Source of the DNA: an uncultured bacterium
Lineage (GTDB): Bacteria; Acidobacteriota; Thermoanaerobaculia; Multivoradales; JAHZIX01
Reading direction: 5' to 3'
DNA: 64,000 bases
NCBI GenBank assembly: GCA_965368975.1
Contig: CBDUPA010000005.1
Location: forward strand, 1 to 64,000
The position numbers and the translations under genes are program-made. How positions within the stretch are numbered: position 1 is the first letter of the stretch; each line of letters begins with the position of its first letter. The notes beneath the pieces are model-generated. The model made no database searches. It had not been told where the DNA came from and saw only the letters and a list, made by a program, of their open reading frames with translations. Shown piece after piece: positions 1-8,754 of the stretch.

Positions 1-705
1 CTGCCGGACTTGGCGTCCCGCGTGGGCTGGCCGCGCGGGCCGCCCGTCTGGGCGGAGAGGACGCGGGTGCTGGCGGTGCAGGTCGAGGTGCTGCGCCTGG
101 ACGTGCTGCTCGGCGACGCCGGTCAGGCGTTCTATCGCCTGGGGTTGCAGGTGGCGAGCTCCGGAGGCGAGCGCCTGACGGTGCGCTTGCCGGCGGGCAG
201 CCGGGTGCTCGATGCGCGCCGCGATGGGGCCGTCGTGACGCCGGGTCTGGCGGCTTCGGCGGGCGGCGAAGTCGCGGTCGTGCTGCCGCTGCGCGGTGGT
301 GAGCAAGCCCAGCAACTGTGGCTGGAGGCGACGGCGCCGCTCGGTGCGGTGCCGGACGAGGGGCGTCTGACGATCCCGATGCCGCACTTCTCGGCGCCGG
401 TCAACCGCGTCGAGGCCCTGCTCCAGTTGCCCGCCGGTCGCAGCTACCAGCTGGCGGAGAGAGGGCGGCGCATCCAGGAGCTGCAAGCGTACCCGCAACC
501 TGGACCGCACGCGGCCGCGCCGCCTCTGGCGACCTGGTTGACGCGCGGCACGCTGACGGGGTCGGTGGCCGAAGGGATGTGGCTACCGGTACCGGCGGCG
601 GAGGGTGCCGCGCAGCTGCGGGCCGGTTGGGACGCGCTGGCGTCGCAGCTGGCGCCGCTGGTGGTCGAAGTCGAAGAACGTGACGTCGAGCGAGAGTGGT
701 TCTGA
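1..705 (+). CDS. Hypothetical protein, 5'-truncated at the window edge; paralogous to the C-terminal half of the next gene
   Basis: Frame is open from position 1 to TGA at 703-705. Motifs LTVRLPAG, LPL and PV...LLQLPAGRSY mirror LDVELPVG, IPL and VPV...VLLPQGARY in the downstream ORF. Confidence 0.7.
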   Translation: MPDLASRVGWPRGPPVWAERTRVLAVQVEVLRLDVLLGDAGQAFYRLGLQVASSGGERLTVRLPAGSRVLDARRDGAVVTPGLAASAGGEVAVVLPLRGGEQAQQLWLEATAPLGAVPDEGRLTIPMPHFSAPVNRVEALLQLPAGRSYQLAERGRRIQELQAYPQPGPHAAAPPLATWLTRGTLTGSVAEGMWLPVPAAEGAAQLRAGWDALASQLAPLVVEVEERDVEREWF

Positions 706-732
706 GCCACCGGTTCTGTGGAGGAACAAGCA

Positions 733-3078
733 ATGAAGATGACAACCCTGATGGCCAGAACTCTGGCTCCGCTCCGACTCACCATCCTGACCCTGCTGCT
801 GATCGGGATGCTGCTGCCGTCGATCGCCCAGCGGGCCGCAGCCGAGCTGAACGACAGGGGCGAGGTGACGCTCCCCTTGGCCGAGTATCTGAAGCTGTCG
901 CAAGCGGCACGCGCGGCGCAGCGCGTCGAAGAGCCGGAGCTGCGGCTCGTCGAGTTGGTGTCCGAGCACACGCGCTTGCGTGTCGACGGCGACGCGGTAG
1001 CGGTACGCAGCGAGTACGCCATCGAGGTGCGCGGCATCCCGGAACGCGCGGTGGTCTTGCCGCTCACCGGCTTTGGACACCAGGTGCGGGTAGAGCGCAC
1101 CGACGGGACGAGTGCCGCGACGCGGGACGGGGTGGGCGCCGCGGTGCACCGTCAGGACAGCGAGATCTTGTTCACGGCGGAGGGGCCTGGAAGTTACCGC
1201 GTCGTCGTCGAAGCACGTGACCTGTTGATGGACACCTGGATGGAGATCGCGGAGATCCAGGCGCCGGTGGCGACTCTCTTCCTGGACCTGCCGGCGGGTC
1301 ACCGGTGGGCGTGCGATCATGCCGTCGTGGTCTCGGAGCGGGCCGTTGCCGGGACGACGGGCGAAGGTGCGCGCATCCACGTCGAGATGGCGCTGGAGCA
1401 GGGCGAGCTGTACCACCTGTCGGTGGACCGGCGCGGGGCTCAGGTCGAGGAGGACGTGCTGGCGCACTCGGTCGGTGTCACCTTCGTCGAGGTCGACCGC
1501 GGCGGTGTCCGTCGGCACGATGTGCTGGCCACCGAGGTGCTGCGCGGGGATCTGCAAGGCTACCGCGTCACCCTGCCGCCGGGACTGGACCTGGAGGCCG
1601 TGGCCACCGACGAGGGCGAGGCGGTGCCGTGGATCGGCGACGATGGCAAGCTCGACGTACGGCGCGAGCAGCGCCTAGTCGGGCACGGCTACCTGGCACT
1701 GACTTCTCGGCGGTTGCCGGCCGAAACGGAGGACGGCAGTCGGACGCGCGTCGACCTGACGCCGATCGTGGCGGAGATCCCGCAGCGCACGCGCTACCTG
1801 GTGCTGCTCGCCAGTGCCGCCGCCGAGGTGGTGCCGCAGCCGCAGGCTCAGTGGTCGCGGGTCGATCAGAGTGACCTGCCGGTGCCGCTGCACCAGGATC
1901 TGCAGGCCCTGCGTCCGGCGTCGGTGTGGCGCGCGACGGACCCGGCGGCGGGTGGCGAGTTGCTGGTGCACCGGCTACCCGAAGTGACGACCGCGGAGCA
2001 GGTGATCAGCGAACGCCAGAGCGTCAGCCTGCTGACCCTGGACGGCAGCCTCGTGCTGCGCGACCGCTTCCGGGTCCGTGGGCGGGCGGCGACACTCGAT
2101 GTCGAGTTGCCGGTGGGGGTCGAGCTGTGGACCGTCAACGTCGACGACGAGGCCGTGCGGCCCCTCCATCGGGGTCTAGGGCGGCGCGATTCACGGCAGC
2201 AGGACGGGCTCGCGGCTGGTCAGCCGCAGCTCTACTCGATTCCGCTGGGCTTCCGCGCCGGTCTGGCTGCCGCGGACCCCGGGCAGGACGTGTGGGTGGA
2301 AGTGGTCGGCGTGCGTGCTCTGGCGCAGGGCGCGCCGGCTCCGACGCGCGGTCATTCGAACCTGCGGCTGGAGCTGGCGTCGGTGATGGTGCCGGTCCTG
2401 ATGCACGACTGGCGCGTGTTGCTGCCCCAGGGCGCGCGCTACCGCTATGCCGGCGGCGATCTGCTGCCACTCACCGACCTGACAGCGCCACTGCGTCGAG
2501 GTTGGGGTTGGTCTTCGAGGCGCACCAAGGAGATGCCGTCGCGGGTGATCGAGCGGGGTCTGGGCAACGTTCGCGCCGTGGTCAAGGACGAGCACGGCGA
2601 CACGCTGCCGGGCGTCACGGTGACGCTCATGCTGCGCGGCAGCGAGCTGGAACAGTCGACGGTGACCAACGAGAACGGCCAGGCGACAGTGCTCAATCTC
2701 CAGCCCGGGCAGTATCGACTGGTCGCCCAGCTGGAAGGCTTCGTGACGGTGGAACACCACCTCCAGGTGCGTAGCGGCCAGCTGGCCTCGACCGACGTCG
2801 AGCTGCCGCTCTCGATGCTCGAGGAGTCGATCGTCGTGAGCGCAGAACCGGCGCGGTACTACGACAACACGTTCCTGGTCGAAGAGATGCAGGTCGGACA
2901 GCTGGCGCGCGACGAGGACTTCGCGCGGGCGGAATTCGGGCAGATGAGCCAGGGCCTGGCTGGTGGTGCCAAGCCACTGCCGGTGACGGTGCCGGAGACG
3001 GGCAAGGTCCTGGAGCTGGGCGGCGTGCTGCCACCGGCTCGGGTAAGCGTCGAGCTGGAGGTACGGGCGGAGCGCTAG
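733..3078 (+). CDS. Large exported protein with a carboxypeptidase-regulatory-like (CnaB/transthyretin-type) domain near the C-terminus
   Basis: GGAGG RBS before ATG 733; hydrophobic signal peptide; VKDEHGDTLPGVTVTL...TNENG...LQPGQYRLVAQLEGF motif. Confidence 0.75.
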   Translation: MKMTTLMARTLAPLRLTILTLLLIGMLLPSIAQRAAAELNDRGEVTLPLAEYLKLSQAARAAQRVEEPELRLVELVSEHTRLRVDGDAVAVRSEYAIEVRGIPERAVVLPLTGFGHQVRVERTDGTSAATRDGVGAAVHRQDSEILFTAEGPGSYRVVVEARDLLMDTWMEIAEIQAPVATLFLDLPAGHRWACDHAVVVSERAVAGTTGEGARIHVEMALEQGELYHLSVDRRGAQVEEDVLAHSVGVTFVEVDRGGVRRHDVLATEVLRGDLQGYRVTLPPGLDLEAVATDEGEAVPWIGDDGKLDVRREQRLVGHGYLALTSRRLPAETEDGSRTRVDLTPIVAEIPQRTRYLVLLASAAAEVVPQPQAQWSRVDQSDLPVPLHQDLQALRPASVWRATDPAAGGELLVHRLPEVTTAEQVISERQSVSLLTLDGSLVLRDRFRVRGRAATLDVELPVGVELWTVNVDDEAVRPLHRGLGRRDSRQQDGLAAGQPQLYSIPLGFRAGLAAADPGQDVWVEVVGVRALAQGAPAPTRGHSNLRLELASVMVPVLMHDWRVLLPQGARYRYAGGDLLPLTDLTAPLRRGWGWSSRRTKEMPSRVIERGLGNVRAVVKDEHGDTLPGVTVTLMLRGSELEQSTVTNENGQATVLNLQPGQYRLVAQLEGFVTVEHHLQVRSGQLASTDVELPLSMLEESIVVSAEPARYYDNTFLVEEMQVGQLARDEDFARAEFGQMSQGLAGGAKPLPVTVPETGKVLELGGVLPPARVSVELEVRAER

Positions 3079-3152
3079 GCACGAGAACGCTCGATGTCGA
3101 AACTCTTGCGCAAACACCTTTGACTTCGGGGGCTTGCCGCGTCGCTACTGGT

Positions 3153-3181
3153 TTGACAGCCCCCGGGACGGGGGCGATAAT
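3153..3181 (+). promoter_or_regulatory. Sigma70-like promoter for the hypothetical-rlmN operon
   Basis: TTGACA (3153-3158), 17-nt spacer, GATAAT (3176-3181). Confidence 0.65.
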
Positions 3182-3231
3182 CCCTCCAGACTCGAAGCCC
3201 CGCCATGGCCCGCGGCCGGAAACCTGGCTTC

Positions 3232-3597
3232 ATGACCGGAACCTGCGACGGCGACAACGCCAAATCGGAGTCACTGAGCCCCTTGAAGGATCCGTCTGTA
3301 GAACCTCACCTGCGCTGGCTGCTCGATGATCTCGGGCGGGCCATGAATCTGGCGCTGACCGACGCGGAGCACGTGCACGACACTGTGCGGCGGATCCGCA
3401 GTGCCGGGTACCAGCTGCTGGTGCAGATCGACGCCGAGCGCGACGGCGTGGTGGAGGAGAAATTGCGGCTACGGGCGGCACATCCCAACGACGATCAATT
3501 CAAGCTCAATACTCAGGACGTCGCCTTCCTGCGCTCGCTCGGCATCGATCCCACGCGCCGTGTCGGCCGCCGGCGGGCCAAGAAGCCGCGCCCTTGA
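3232..3597 (+). CDS. Small conserved-looking hypothetical protein (start uncertain)
   Basis: ORF downstream of the promoter, abutting rlmN; protein-like helical sequence ending FKLNTQDVAFLRSLGIDP plus a basic tail. Confidence 0.6.
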   Translation: MTGTCDGDNAKSESLSPLKDPSVEPHLRWLLDDLGRAMNLALTDAEHVHDTVRRIRSAGYQLLVQIDAERDGVVEEKLRLRAAHPNDDQFKLNTQDVAFLRSLGIDPTRRVGRRRAKKPRP

Positions 3598-3608
3598 GCG
3601 AGGCGACG

Positions 3609-4721
3609 ATGCCGGATCCCACCGCCGCGCCCGCGACTTCCGAGGCCTCCTCCGCGAAACCCGATCTGCTCGGCCTGCCGTTGCCTCGGCTCGAAGCGTT
3701 GCTGGCGCCGTGGATCGACCTCCCCTTCCGCGTGCGCCAGGTCTACGATGCGCTGCACCGGCGCGGCGTTGGTGACTTCGCCGACATCACCAACCTGTCC
3801 AAGCAGCTGCGCGCCGACCTCGCCGAGCACTTCCGTATCGGCCTGCCGCGAGTCGAGACCGCGCGCACGAGCGCCGATGGCACCGTCAAGTACCTGCTGC
3901 GGCTGCACGATGGCGCCACCATCGAAGCGGTCGACATCCCGGATGGCGAGCGCCGCACCTTCTGCATTTCGAGTCAGGCTGGGTGCGCGCTGGCCTGCAA
4001 GTTTTGCGTCACCGGCTATTGGGGCGCCGGCCGGGATCTGACGGCGGGTGAGATCGTTGGCCAGGTGCTGGTGCTGCGCCAGGGGTTGGAACTGTCGAAA
4101 GGTTTGAACCTGGTGTTCATGGGCATGGGCGAGCCGCTGCTCAACCCGGACCACGTGCGCGACGCCATTCACATCCTGGCCGAGGACATTTCGTGGCGCC
4201 GCATGACGCTGTCGACAGTCGGCATCCTTCCTGCCTTGCGCCAGGTGGCGCAGTGGCCCAAGCGTCCCAACCTGGCGATCTCGCTGCATGCGCCGGACGA
4301 CGAGCGACGCTCGAAGCTGATGCCGATCAACAAGACCTACCCGCTGGTCGACCTGATGGCGGCGCTGCGCGAGTATCCACTCGAACCGGGACGCAAGCTC
4401 ACCTTCGAGTACATCCTGATCCGCGATTTCAACGACCAACCGGCTGATGCCGACACGCTGGCTTCTTTATTGCGCACGTCGCAGCTGGGGGAGGTGCGCG
4501 CCAAGATCAACCTGATCCCGCTCAACCCGGATCCGGTGCTCGGCGAGGGTATGGCGCCGCCGGAGCCGGCAGCGGTCGAGGCGTTCAGTCAACGCTTGCG
4601 ACGCCATGGCCTGATCGCCACCGTGCGCCGGCAGCGCGGCGACGAGGTCAGCGGCGCCTGCGGCCAGCTGCGCGCCTTCGGCCGCGATCCGCGCGGCTTC
4701 CGTACGCCTACCGTGCTGTAA
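3609..4721 (+). CDS. rlmN: 23S rRNA (adenine2503-C2)-methyltransferase, radical SAM
   Basis: CISSQAGCALACKFC (CxxxCxxC), MGMGEPLLN, ISLHAP, TFEYILI and C-terminal GACGQL. Confidence 0.95.
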   Translation: MPDPTAAPATSEASSAKPDLLGLPLPRLEALLAPWIDLPFRVRQVYDALHRRGVGDFADITNLSKQLRADLAEHFRIGLPRVETARTSADGTVKYLLRLHDGATIEAVDIPDGERRTFCISSQAGCALACKFCVTGYWGAGRDLTAGEIVGQVLVLRQGLELSKGLNLVFMGMGEPLLNPDHVRDAIHILAEDISWRRMTLSTVGILPALRQVAQWPKRPNLAISLHAPDDERRSKLMPINKTYPLVDLMAALREYPLEPGRKLTFEYILIRDFNDQPADADTLASLLRTSQLGEVRAKINLIPLNPDPVLGEGMAPPEPAAVEAFSQRLRRHGLIATVRRQRGDEVSGACGQLRAFGRDPRGFRTPTVL

Positions 4722-4766
4722 GCTCTAGCGAACCTAGCTCATGCTTTGCCTCAGGAGATGACGCCC

Positions 4767-5966
4767 ATGGCTGATACCCCCCGAAAGCCCACTGATACTT
4801 CGCAGCCCGCTGATACTTCGCAGCCAGGTCCTTCACGCCCGGAGCCACTGCGCCGCCGAGACCTCCTGCGCGGCGCCGCGATGGCGGGCGCGGGCGTTGT
4901 GGGAGCCGGCTTGCTCGGTGCCTGTGGTGGTGGTGGCAGCGCCGAAGGAGACGGCCCGGCCGTGCACACCAAGAAGCGTGTGCGTTGGCGTCTCACCTCC
5001 AGCTTCCCGCGCGGCCTGGACACCATCTACGGCTGCGCCGAGGTCATGGCCGAGCGCGTCAAGGCGATGACCGACGGCCTGTTCGACATTCGCTGCTATC
5101 CCGCGGGCGAACTGGTGCCTGGCCTGCAGGCGCTCGACGCCGTGCAGCAAGACACCGTGCAGATCGCCCACACCGCCGGCTACTACTTCACTGGCAAGAA
5201 CGCGGCGCTGGCCTTCGACACGACGATGCCCTTCGGCCTCACCTCGCGCCAGCAGACCGCCTGGCTCACCGAGGGCGGCGGCAAAGAGCTGATGCGCGAG
5301 CTGTGCGCCGACTTCAACGTCGTCAACTTCCTGGCCGGCAATACCGGGGCGCAGATGGGGGGGTGGTTCCGGCGCGAGATCGGCAGTGTCAGCGACATCC
5401 AGGGCTTGAAGATGCGCATCCCCGGCCTCGGGGGCCAGGTGATGGACCGCCTCGGCGCCACTGTCCAGGTGCTGGCCGGCGGTGACATCTACCCGGCGCT
5501 GGAGCGCGGTGCCATCGACGCCACCGAGTGGGTCGGTCCGTACGACGATGAGAAGCTGGGCTTTCACAAGGTGGCCAAGCTCTACTACTACCCGGGCTGG
5601 TGGGAGCCGGGCCCGTCGCTCAGCTACTACGTCAACCGCAAGGCGTGGGACGAACTGCCGTCGACGTACCAGGCGATGTTCGAAGCTGCCGCCGCGGAGT
5701 CCGCCCGCGTCATGCAGGCGCGCTACGACGCCCGCAACCCGGCGGCGCTGGCCCGCCTGCTCGAGCAAGGCGTCGAGCTGAAGCGCTTCTCGAATGACAT
5801 CCTGCAGGCGGCCGAGACCGCGGCCTTCGAGCTGATGGAAGAGGCTGCTGCCGCGGATGCCACCTACAACAAGGTGTTCACCGCCTGGAAGAAGGTGCGC
5901 CAGGAAGCGTTCAGTTGGTTCGGCACCGGTGAGCTGGCGTTCGCCGAGTACGCTTTCCGTCGCTGA
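4767..5966 (+). CDS. TRAP transporter substrate-binding protein (DctP/TakP type), Tat lipoprotein
   Basis: RRRDLLRG twin-arginine signal then LLGAC; GNTGAQMGGWF, GLKMRIPGLGG, ALERGAIDATEWVGPYDD, YYYPGWWEPG. Confidence 0.9.
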   Translation: MADTPRKPTDTSQPADTSQPGPSRPEPLRRRDLLRGAAMAGAGVVGAGLLGACGGGGSAEGDGPAVHTKKRVRWRLTSSFPRGLDTIYGCAEVMAERVKAMTDGLFDIRCYPAGELVPGLQALDAVQQDTVQIAHTAGYYFTGKNAALAFDTTMPFGLTSRQQTAWLTEGGGKELMRELCADFNVVNFLAGNTGAQMGGWFRREIGSVSDIQGLKMRIPGLGGQVMDRLGATVQVLAGGDIYPALERGAIDATEWVGPYDDEKLGFHKVAKLYYYPGWWEPGPSLSYYVNRKAWDELPSTYQAMFEAAAAESARVMQARYDARNPAALARLLEQGVELKRFSNDILQAAETAAFELMEEAAAADATYNKVFTAWKKVRQEAFSWFGTGELAFAEYAFRR

Positions 5967-6068
5967 CCCCGAGGTTCCGGGGCGGATCCAGCTCCTGCTG
6001 CCACCGCCGACGCTGTGCTAGGATTTTGCCATCGCCGAACCTGTATCGAGGAACGAGGCTGCATCGTC

Positions 6069-6266
6069 ATGACCCAACAAGCTCTAGCATCTGCACTCGG
6101 CTCCGCCCACGCGCGGGCCTCCGAGAGCGTCGAGACGGCTCGACCGACCCCCGAACGTGCTCCGTCGGAGGTACTCGCCAAGACGCTGCACAAGATCGCG
6201 GCGGACGCCGAGCGGCGCAGCCCTGTCTACCTGGCGGAAACGGTGGTCCCTGAAGGGGGCGAGTGA
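6069..6266 (+). CDS. Pup/UBact-like small protein modifier (65 aa, C-terminal GGE)
   Basis: MTQQALASA...YLAETVVPEGGE; low-complexity and Pup-sized; its stop overlaps the GTG start of a PafA-family gene (GTGA, 6263-6266). Confidence 0.8.
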   Translation: MTQQALASALGSAHARASESVETARPTPERAPSEVLAKTLHKIAADAERRSPVYLAETVVPEGGE

Positions 6267-7963
6267 CGGCACCGACCCCCTCTCGGAAGCCACCGCGGCT
6301 TCTGGGGCTCGAAACCGAATACGCGTTTCGCTTTTCGCCTGCGAGCCAGAATCCGGGCAACGATGTCCTCTACGACTATCTGCTCGACGCCATGCGCGAG
6401 CAGGTGGCCCTGAAGCCGGGTGACACCACCATCAAGCGCCAGGTGTTCGCCGAGAACGGCGGCGCGTTCTGCTACGAGCACCTACCTTACGCCACGCGCG
6501 GCGGCCTGTTCGAAGGAGCGACTCCGGAGTGTGCGGGCGTGGGGCAACTGGTGCTGTACCAGAAGGCTCAGGAACGGCTACTGGTGCGCTGCCTGCCGGG
6601 GGCTCAGGATGCCCTGCGACGCCACGGCTGCGAGGGCGAGCTGGGGTTGCTGCGCAACTGCCGGGACGCCGAGGGTCATGTCTTCGGGGCACAGGAGAAC
6701 TACCAGGCCGAGATCGCGCGCGGTCTCCCCCTGGGCCTCTACCGACTGTGCTTGGCACTCTTGCTGCCCCTGCTCCTGGTCCAGGCTGCGATCTACTGGT
6801 CGATCTCGGCCGTGCTCTTGGCAACCGTGGTGCCGGCGAGCATCGGCGCTGTCTTCGTCTCGTACCTGGCGCCCCGTTCCCGTTTCGGTCGCTGGATGCG
6901 ACGTTCGCTCGACGGGGAGACCCACGATCTGGAAGATCTCATCGGCCGCATCACGGCCTGGGTTGTCTTCTCATTGATGTGGCCGCTCCTGCTTCCTTGG
7001 GCACTGCTGTACCGAGCTTTTGCCTTCCGCCGCATTCGCCGGCAAGCCCTGGCCTTCCTGGCGTCGCGCCCCGTCGTGACCGGCACGGGCAGCGTCGACG
7101 AACACGGACGCTTCTCCTTGTCGGAGAAGGCAGCGGCGATCCGGCGTCTGATTCGACTCAGCGTTCGTCCCTCGGACCGCCCTATCTTCGACACCGGGAA
7201 TCTGCTCAAGCCGTTGATGCTGGCCATGGAGCTGAATGGGCGTCCACTGTTGCACTTGTTTCGGCGTCACCAGCGCCTGCAGCTGAGCTTGTCGGACGCG
7301 AACCGGGCCCAGGTCGCCGAGTTCCTGAAGATCGGAACCACCGCGCTGATCCTCGACCTGGTCGAGTCCGGCGCCTTGACCGACGCTCCGCGCCTGCGTC
7401 GACCGCTCGAAGCCTTGCGTTCGTGGAGTGCAGATCCAACGCTCGAAGCGACGGCACCGTTGCGCGATGGTCGTCAATTGAGCGCGCTCGACGTACAGCG
7501 ATGGTACCTCGAGCGCGCCCAGCAATGGCTGCGGGAGCAGGCGTCGCCGTCCTTGGAACAGCAGCAGGTCGTCCAACTCTGGGCCGAGGTGCTCGATGCC
7601 CTCGATCGCCGTGACTTCGGTGCTCTCGTAGGGCAGCTCGACTGGGTGACGAAGCGCTACCTGCTCGAGGAGTGTGGTGATCCCGATCGACCAGAGGTGC
7701 TCAAGACCATCGATCTGCGGTACCACGAACTGCGCGACGGCTACTTCCAGCGCCTGGAGAACATTGGCCAGGCTCCCCGGCTGGTGTCCGACGAGGCCAT
7801 CGACGAAGCGCTCGTGCACCCTCCGGCCACCACTCCCGCCTTCCTGCGTGGTCGCTTCATCCGTGAGAACGAAGAGACCCGCGTGCGCGTGCGGGTCTCG
7901 TGGGACTCGGCCCGGGTTGGCGGTCGGCTCAGTGGTAAGGTCATCCCATTCCAGCGCAACTGA
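6263..7963 (+). CDS. PafA/Dop-family (Pup ligase-like) carboxylate-amine ligase with a transmembrane insertion
   Basis: Ordered family motifs GLETEY, NGG, EGATPEC, GAQENY, RLQLSLSDAN, FLKIGTT, ALDVQRWY, LDWVTKR, IDLRYHEL, PPATT...RGRFI, VSW; hydrophobic insert at about 6722-7030. Confidence 0.88.
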   Translation: MTAPTPSRKPPRLLGLETEYAFRFSPASQNPGNDVLYDYLLDAMREQVALKPGDTTIKRQVFAENGGAFCYEHLPYATRGGLFEGATPECAGVGQLVLYQKAQERLLVRCLPGAQDALRRHGCEGELGLLRNCRDAEGHVFGAQENYQAEIARGLPLGLYRLCLALLLPLLLVQAAIYWSISAVLLATVVPASIGAVFVSYLAPRSRFGRWMRRSLDGETHDLEDLIGRITAWVVFSLMWPLLLPWALLYRAFAFRRIRRQALAFLASRPVVTGTGSVDEHGRFSLSEKAAAIRRLIRLSVRPSDRPIFDTGNLLKPLMLAMELNGRPLLHLFRRHQRLQLSLSDANRAQVAEFLKIGTTALILDLVESGALTDAPRLRRPLEALRSWSADPTLEATAPLRDGRQLSALDVQRWYLERAQQWLREQASPSLEQQQVVQLWAEVLDALDRRDFGALVGQLDWVTKRYLLEECGDPDRPEVLKTIDLRYHELRDGYFQRLENIGQAPRLVSDEAIDEALVHPPATTPAFLRGRFIRENEETRVRVRVSWDSARVGGRLSGKVIPFQRN

Positions 7964-7976
7964 CGAAGGAGCAAGC

Positions 7977-8621
7977 ATGTTTATCTTCGAACAGATACGG
8001 GTCGGTGGCGACCGCAACTTCAGCTACTTGGTGGGCGACAGCGACGCCGGCGAGGCGGTGATCGTGGATCCCAGCTACGATCCCGCGCGTGTTGTCGAGC
8101 GGGCGCGTGCCCAGCATCTCCGCGTGACTCACGTCATCAACACCCATGGTCACCAGGACCACACCAACGGCAATGACGAAGCCTGCCGGCTCACCGGGGC
8201 GCCCCTGGCAGCGTACAAGGGGGCCGCGTCGAATCCCGGACACCCACTCGACCACGGCGCCACGCTGCGTGTCGGCGGTTTGACGCTCGAGTTTCTCTAC
8301 ACGCCCGGGCACGCCGACGATCACCTGTGCATCCGGGTCGACGACGTGCTGATCACTGGTGATCTTCTCTTCGTCGGCAAGATCGGCGGCACGGCGACGC
8401 GTGCTGCGTCCGAGACGGAGTACCGCAGCTTGCACGACCACATCCTCACCCTGCCGGACCACCTCAGCGTCTGGCCCGGTCACGACTACGGCGCGCGTCC
8501 CGCCAGCACTCTGGCCTTGGAGAAGCGGACCAACCCGTTTCTGCTGTGCCCGGACCTGGAGTCCTTCCTCGACCTGAAGAAGAACTGGTCGACGTTCAAG
8601 GCGGAGAAGGGGCTGGTGTAG
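7977..8621 (+). CDS. MBL-fold metallo-hydrolase (glyoxalase II / persulfide dioxygenase-like)
   Basis: AAGGAG RBS; THGHQDH, TPGH, TGDLLF, WPGHDYG, EKRTNPFL motifs. Confidence 0.9.
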   Translation: MFIFEQIRVGGDRNFSYLVGDSDAGEAVIVDPSYDPARVVERARAQHLRVTHVINTHGHQDHTNGNDEACRLTGAPLAAYKGAASNPGHPLDHGATLRVGGLTLEFLYTPGHADDHLCIRVDDVLITGDLLFVGKIGGTATRAASETEYRSLHDHILTLPDHLSVWPGHDYGARPASTLALEKRTNPFLLCPDLESFLDLKKNWSTFKAEKGLV

Positions 8622-8643
8622 ATCCGGATGCGGCTTCGCCGCA

Positions 8644-8669
8644 GGGCAGGCACATGGGCCTGCCCCTAC
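8644..8669 (-). repeat. GTAG-type REP-like palindrome, with a second degenerate GTAGGGGC copy at 8692 on the + strand
   Basis: Minus strand reads GTAG-GGGCAGGC-CCATGT-GCCTGCCC (tetranucleotide plus near-perfect stem); located between convergent genes. Confidence 0.55.
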
Positions 8670-8754
8670 CCAGAATTCGCTGCCTTCTAATGTAGGGGCC
8701 TTCCGGGCCGGTTGGTGGCGCCCCTCTTCCATTCAATGGGAGAGGGTTCTTCAG

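Noticed and set aside
3609-4721. Radical SAM enzyme as a maturase for the small peptides, or as Cfr
   Set aside because: Motifs match housekeeping RlmN and there is no SPASM or RRE domain; Cfr cannot be formally excluded without a tree but nothing suggests it.
4788-4826. 18-bp tandem duplication (PTDTSQ/PADTSQ)
   Set aside because: Two-copy in-frame duplication in the unconstrained N-region of a Tat signal.
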